A DNA stretch of 64,000 bases from Planctomycetota bacterium. GTDB taxonomy: Bacteria > Planctomycetota > B15-G4. The stretch lies in assembly GCA_038212275.1 (NCBI GenBank), contig JBBQUR010000022.1, positions 1-64,000 on the forward strand. The letters are read 5' to 3'. Below the pieces are notes generated by a model that had not been told where the DNA came from, ran no database searches, and saw only the letters and a list, made by a program, of their open reading frames with translations. Shown one piece after another: positions 58,390 to 64,000 of this stretch. A program made the translations under genes and the position numbers. Every line of letters begins with the position of its first letter. The stretch's first letter is position 1.

Positions 58390-58393
58390 ACCG

Positions 58394-58954
58394 ATGTCCT
58401 CCGGCAACCTCGTCCTCCAGCGGTATGCGACCGCGCTGCTCGAGCTGGCCACGGCGGCCGGCGCGACCGAGCGCGTGCAGGCCGATCTGGCGGCGCTCAC
58501 GGCGCGCATCATGGAAGACCCCGCGATGGGCCGGCGGCTGGCCAGTCCGCGCCTGACGCGGCAGGCCAAGCGCGCGCTGCTGCAGTCGCTGCTGGCGGCC
58601 GACGGCAACGACCTCGTGCGCCGCACCGTGCTGCTGCTGACCGACAAGGGGCGCGCCGCCATGGTGGCCGACCTGTCCGCGGTCTTCACCGCCGTGGCGA
58701 TGACCGCTGCGGGTCGCGCCGTGGGCTTCGTGTCCACGCCGGCGCCGCTCGATGACACCACGAAGCTTGCTCTCGCGCAGCGCCTCGGCGCGATCACCGG
58801 CCTGAAGGTGACGCTGGAGGAGCGCGTGGAGCCCGAACTCGTCGCGGGGATGCGCGTCGTCGTCGGCTCGCAGATGATCGACGGAACGGTGAAAACGAGG
58901 CTCGAACGGATACGCGAAGCGCTGCTGGCTGTCCCCCTGCCGGCCGCGGATTGA
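58394..58954 (+). CDS. atpH: F0F1 ATP synthase subunit delta
   Basis: [34 protein letters not shown]. Confidence 0.93.
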   Translation: MSSGNLVLQRYATALLELATAAGATERVQADLAALTARIMEDPAMGRRLASPRLTRQAKRALLQSLLAADGNDLVRRTVLLLTDKGRAAMVADLSAVFTAVAMTAAGRAVGFVSTPAPLDDTTKLALAQRLGAITGLKVTLEERVEPELVAGMRVVVGSQMIDGTVKTRLERIREALLAVPLPAAD

Positions 58955-59009
58955 CCGGCGCCGCACGGCACCGCACGGACACACGACATCAACGGATCAC
59001 GAGGAAACC

Positions 59010-60551
<1,542 letters not shown>

Positions 60552-60563
60552 GGCAGACCTCCG

Positions 60564-61478
60564 ATGGCCAAGGGCACCAAGGAACTCAAGCGCCGGATCA
60601 CGGGTGTCAAGAACATCCAGCAGATCACCAAGGCGATGGAGATGGTCGCGACGCAGAAGCTGAAGAGGCTTCAGTCGCGCGCCGAGGCCGCGCGTCCGTT
60701 CAGCGACAAGATCCAGCAGATGGTGGCGCGGCTCGCGGGCTCGGTGCGCAGCGACCTGTCGCCGCTGCTGCAGGCGCGCGCCGAGATCAAGCTGCGCAGC
60801 GTGCTCGTCGTGTCCTCGGACAAGGGCCTGTGCGGCGGTTTCAACAGCAACCTCGTGCGCCTCGTGCAGCACGAGGTGCCGCGCGATGCGGCGGCCACGC
60901 ACCGCACGCGGGTGCTCGGCAACAAGGGCGCGCTGCTGCTGCGCGGCAAGGGCATCGCGCTGCACCACAAGTATCCCGACCACGTCGAGAAGCTCGACTT
61001 CACGCGCGTGCGCCAGCTCGTGCGCGAACTCGTCGCGGAGTTCATCGAGGGCAAGGTGGACGAGGTCTCGGTGATCTACACCTCGTTCAAGTCTTCGGTG
61101 AGCCAGAAGCCGGTGGCCGTCACGCTGCTGCCGATCCGCCCCGAGACCCTGTTGTCCGCGGTGCCGTCTGCCAAGGGCGCCAAGGACTCCAGCGCGGGCG
61201 GCGACGAAGCGGCCGGCGCGACCGACGTGATCATCGAGCCGTCCACCGACGAACTGCTCAAGCAGCTGCTGCCCAAGTTCCTCGAGGTCAAGGTCTACTC
61301 GGCCATCCTCGAGTCGCTGGCCAGCGAGTTCACCTCGCGCCGCAACGCCATGAAGCAGGCGACCGACGCGGCGGACGAGATGATCAGCAGCCTCAAGCGC
61401 CAGTACAACCGCGCCCGCCAGGAGAGCATCACCAAGGAGCTGCTCGAAGTGGTGAGCGGAGCCGAAGCCCTGAAGTGA
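60564..61478 (+). CDS. atpG: F0F1 ATP synthase subunit gamma
   Basis: QITKAMEMVA, SDKGLCGGFN, ASE..SR..AM, YNRARQESITKEL. Confidence 0.97.
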   Translation: MAKGTKELKRRITGVKNIQQITKAMEMVATQKLKRLQSRAEAARPFSDKIQQMVARLAGSVRSDLSPLLQARAEIKLRSVLVVSSDKGLCGGFNSNLVRLVQHEVPRDAAATHRTRVLGNKGALLLRGKGIALHHKYPDHVEKLDFTRVRQLVRELVAEFIEGKVDEVSVIYTSFKSSVSQKPVAVTLLPIRPETLLSAVPSAKGAKDSSAGGDEAAGATDVIIEPSTDELLKQLLPKFLEVKVYSAILESLASEFTSRRNAMKQATDAADEMISSLKRQYNRARQESITKELLEVVSGAEALK

Positions 61479-63020
<1,542 letters not shown>

Positions 63021-63024
63021 ACCG

Positions 63025-63540
63025 ATGGCGACGCACGACACAGGCATCGCAGGCAGGGAAGGCGCCGGCAGCGCTCGCGCGGCCGGCGATCTGTCGGCGC
63101 CGCCGGAACCCGGCGCGGACCTCTTCCACGCGGGGCGCCTCTGGGCGGAGATCCGCAGCCCGGACGGCGTGCTGTTCGCCGGCTGGGCCGACTCGGTCGT
63201 CGTTCCTGGCGCGAAGGGCAGCCTCGGCGTCATGCCGCGTCATGCCCCGCTCATGTCCTCGCTGGTCGTCGGACTCACGAAGGTGCGCGCGAGCGACGGC
63301 AGGGAAGTGCGCCTCGTCACCGGGGCGGGCTTCGTGGAGGTCGCGCGCAACCGCGTGCTGCTCCTGGTGGATTTTGCGGACGATCCGGCCAAAGTGGACA
63401 TCAAGCGCGCGACGGCCGCACGCGAGCGGGCGCAGAAGCGCCTGCGTTCCGGTGCGGAGGACGTGGATCTGGCCCGTGCCGAAGCGGCGCTGGATCGCGC
63501 GCTCATGCGCCTGCGCTTCGCCGGCTCTCCGCGGCTCTAG
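63025..63540 (+). CDS. atpC: F0F1 ATP synthase subunit epsilon
   Basis: EIRSPDG.LF, G.LGVMPRHAPL, GFVEV, AEAAL.RA..RL; about 35 aa N-terminal extension. Confidence 0.93.
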   Translation: MATHDTGIAGREGAGSARAAGDLSAPPEPGADLFHAGRLWAEIRSPDGVLFAGWADSVVVPGAKGSLGVMPRHAPLMSSLVVGLTKVRASDGREVRLVTGAGFVEVARNRVLLLVDFADDPAKVDIKRATAARERAQKRLRSGAEDVDLARAEAALDRALMRLRFAGSPRL

Positions 63541-63543
63541 GTC

Positions 63544-63999
63544 TCAGCGCTTCGGGCGCACCCAGAACGCGAAGCCTGCGCCTGTCTCGGCCAGCCGGTA
63601 ATGGCGCGCCACGGCTGCGAGCACCGCTCCCGTCGGACCTCCGAGAGGCCGGGTCGGATCGAGCTCCGCCGGCAGCAGCACGAGGTCCGCTGCACCGCGC
63701 TTGAGCGCCGCCACGAGCGGCGTCGGGCTGAGCGTGCCTTGGCCCCAGAGGATGCTGTAGAGCCACGGATCGTTGAGGAATCCTGCGCGCCACAGCGAGT
63801 CCGTCCGCGGTGATCCGCCGCCCGGGGGCCGCTCGCCGGCGAGTCGCTCGCCACTCAGCCACTCAAAGGTGTGCTGAAAGCCGAAGACATCCAGGATGAC
63901 GGCGTCCGGCCCGGCGAGGCGAAGGCAGCGCGTCCGCAGCTCGTCGGCAAGCGCCACGCGGTACGAGGCCGTCTCCGGGTCGGCAAAGGACACGTCGCG
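63544..63999 (-). CDS. Hypothetical protein, C-terminal part (5' end outside the window)
   Basis: Frame open to the window edge; stops 3 nt from the convergent atpC stop. Confidence 0.5.
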   Translation of the reverse strand, partial: RDVSFADPETASYRVALADELRTRCLRLAGPDAVILDVFGFQHTFEWLSGERLAGERPPGGGSPRTDSLWRAGFLNDPWLYSILWGQGTLSPTPLVAALKRGAADLVLLPAELDPTRPLGGPTGAVLAAVARHYRLAETGAGFAFWVRPKR

Positions 64000-64000
64000 C

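Overview
High-GC bacterial chromosomal window. The style of the secreted proteins and the long AtpB N-terminus suggest Planctomycetota, but this is inference only. Housekeeping content: purD, fur-feoA-feoB, ribH-nusB-ftsY, scpB, ndk, rnpA-yidD, a complete F0F1 atp operon and tRNA-Arg(UCU). Accessory content: an orphan PilT ATPase, several large secreted multidomain proteins (beta-propeller/di-heme c, propeller plus Ig-like, FG-GAP, GSDH/PKD), two O-antigen-ligase-family proteins, a GH2-fold protein that seems to lack its catalytic nucleophile, and a decayed tyrosine-integrase fragment at the tRNA 3' end. The most unusual element is a ~15.5 kb type IV filament (T2SS/T4P-like) operon at 31525-47043. 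It encodes a PilM-PilN fusion, a PilO-like protein, a large TPR protein and five prepilins. One of these is a 1727-aa GspK/PilX-like tip pilin carrying a split LamG domain and about five copies of a 'ST-GFP-G-IG-E-I-Y...RG-GT-H' module that resembles phage virion/tail structural repeats; a further copy sits on the J-like pilin. No secretin, extension ATPase or platform protein is encoded in the window. All calls are by eye from motifs; no searches were run.
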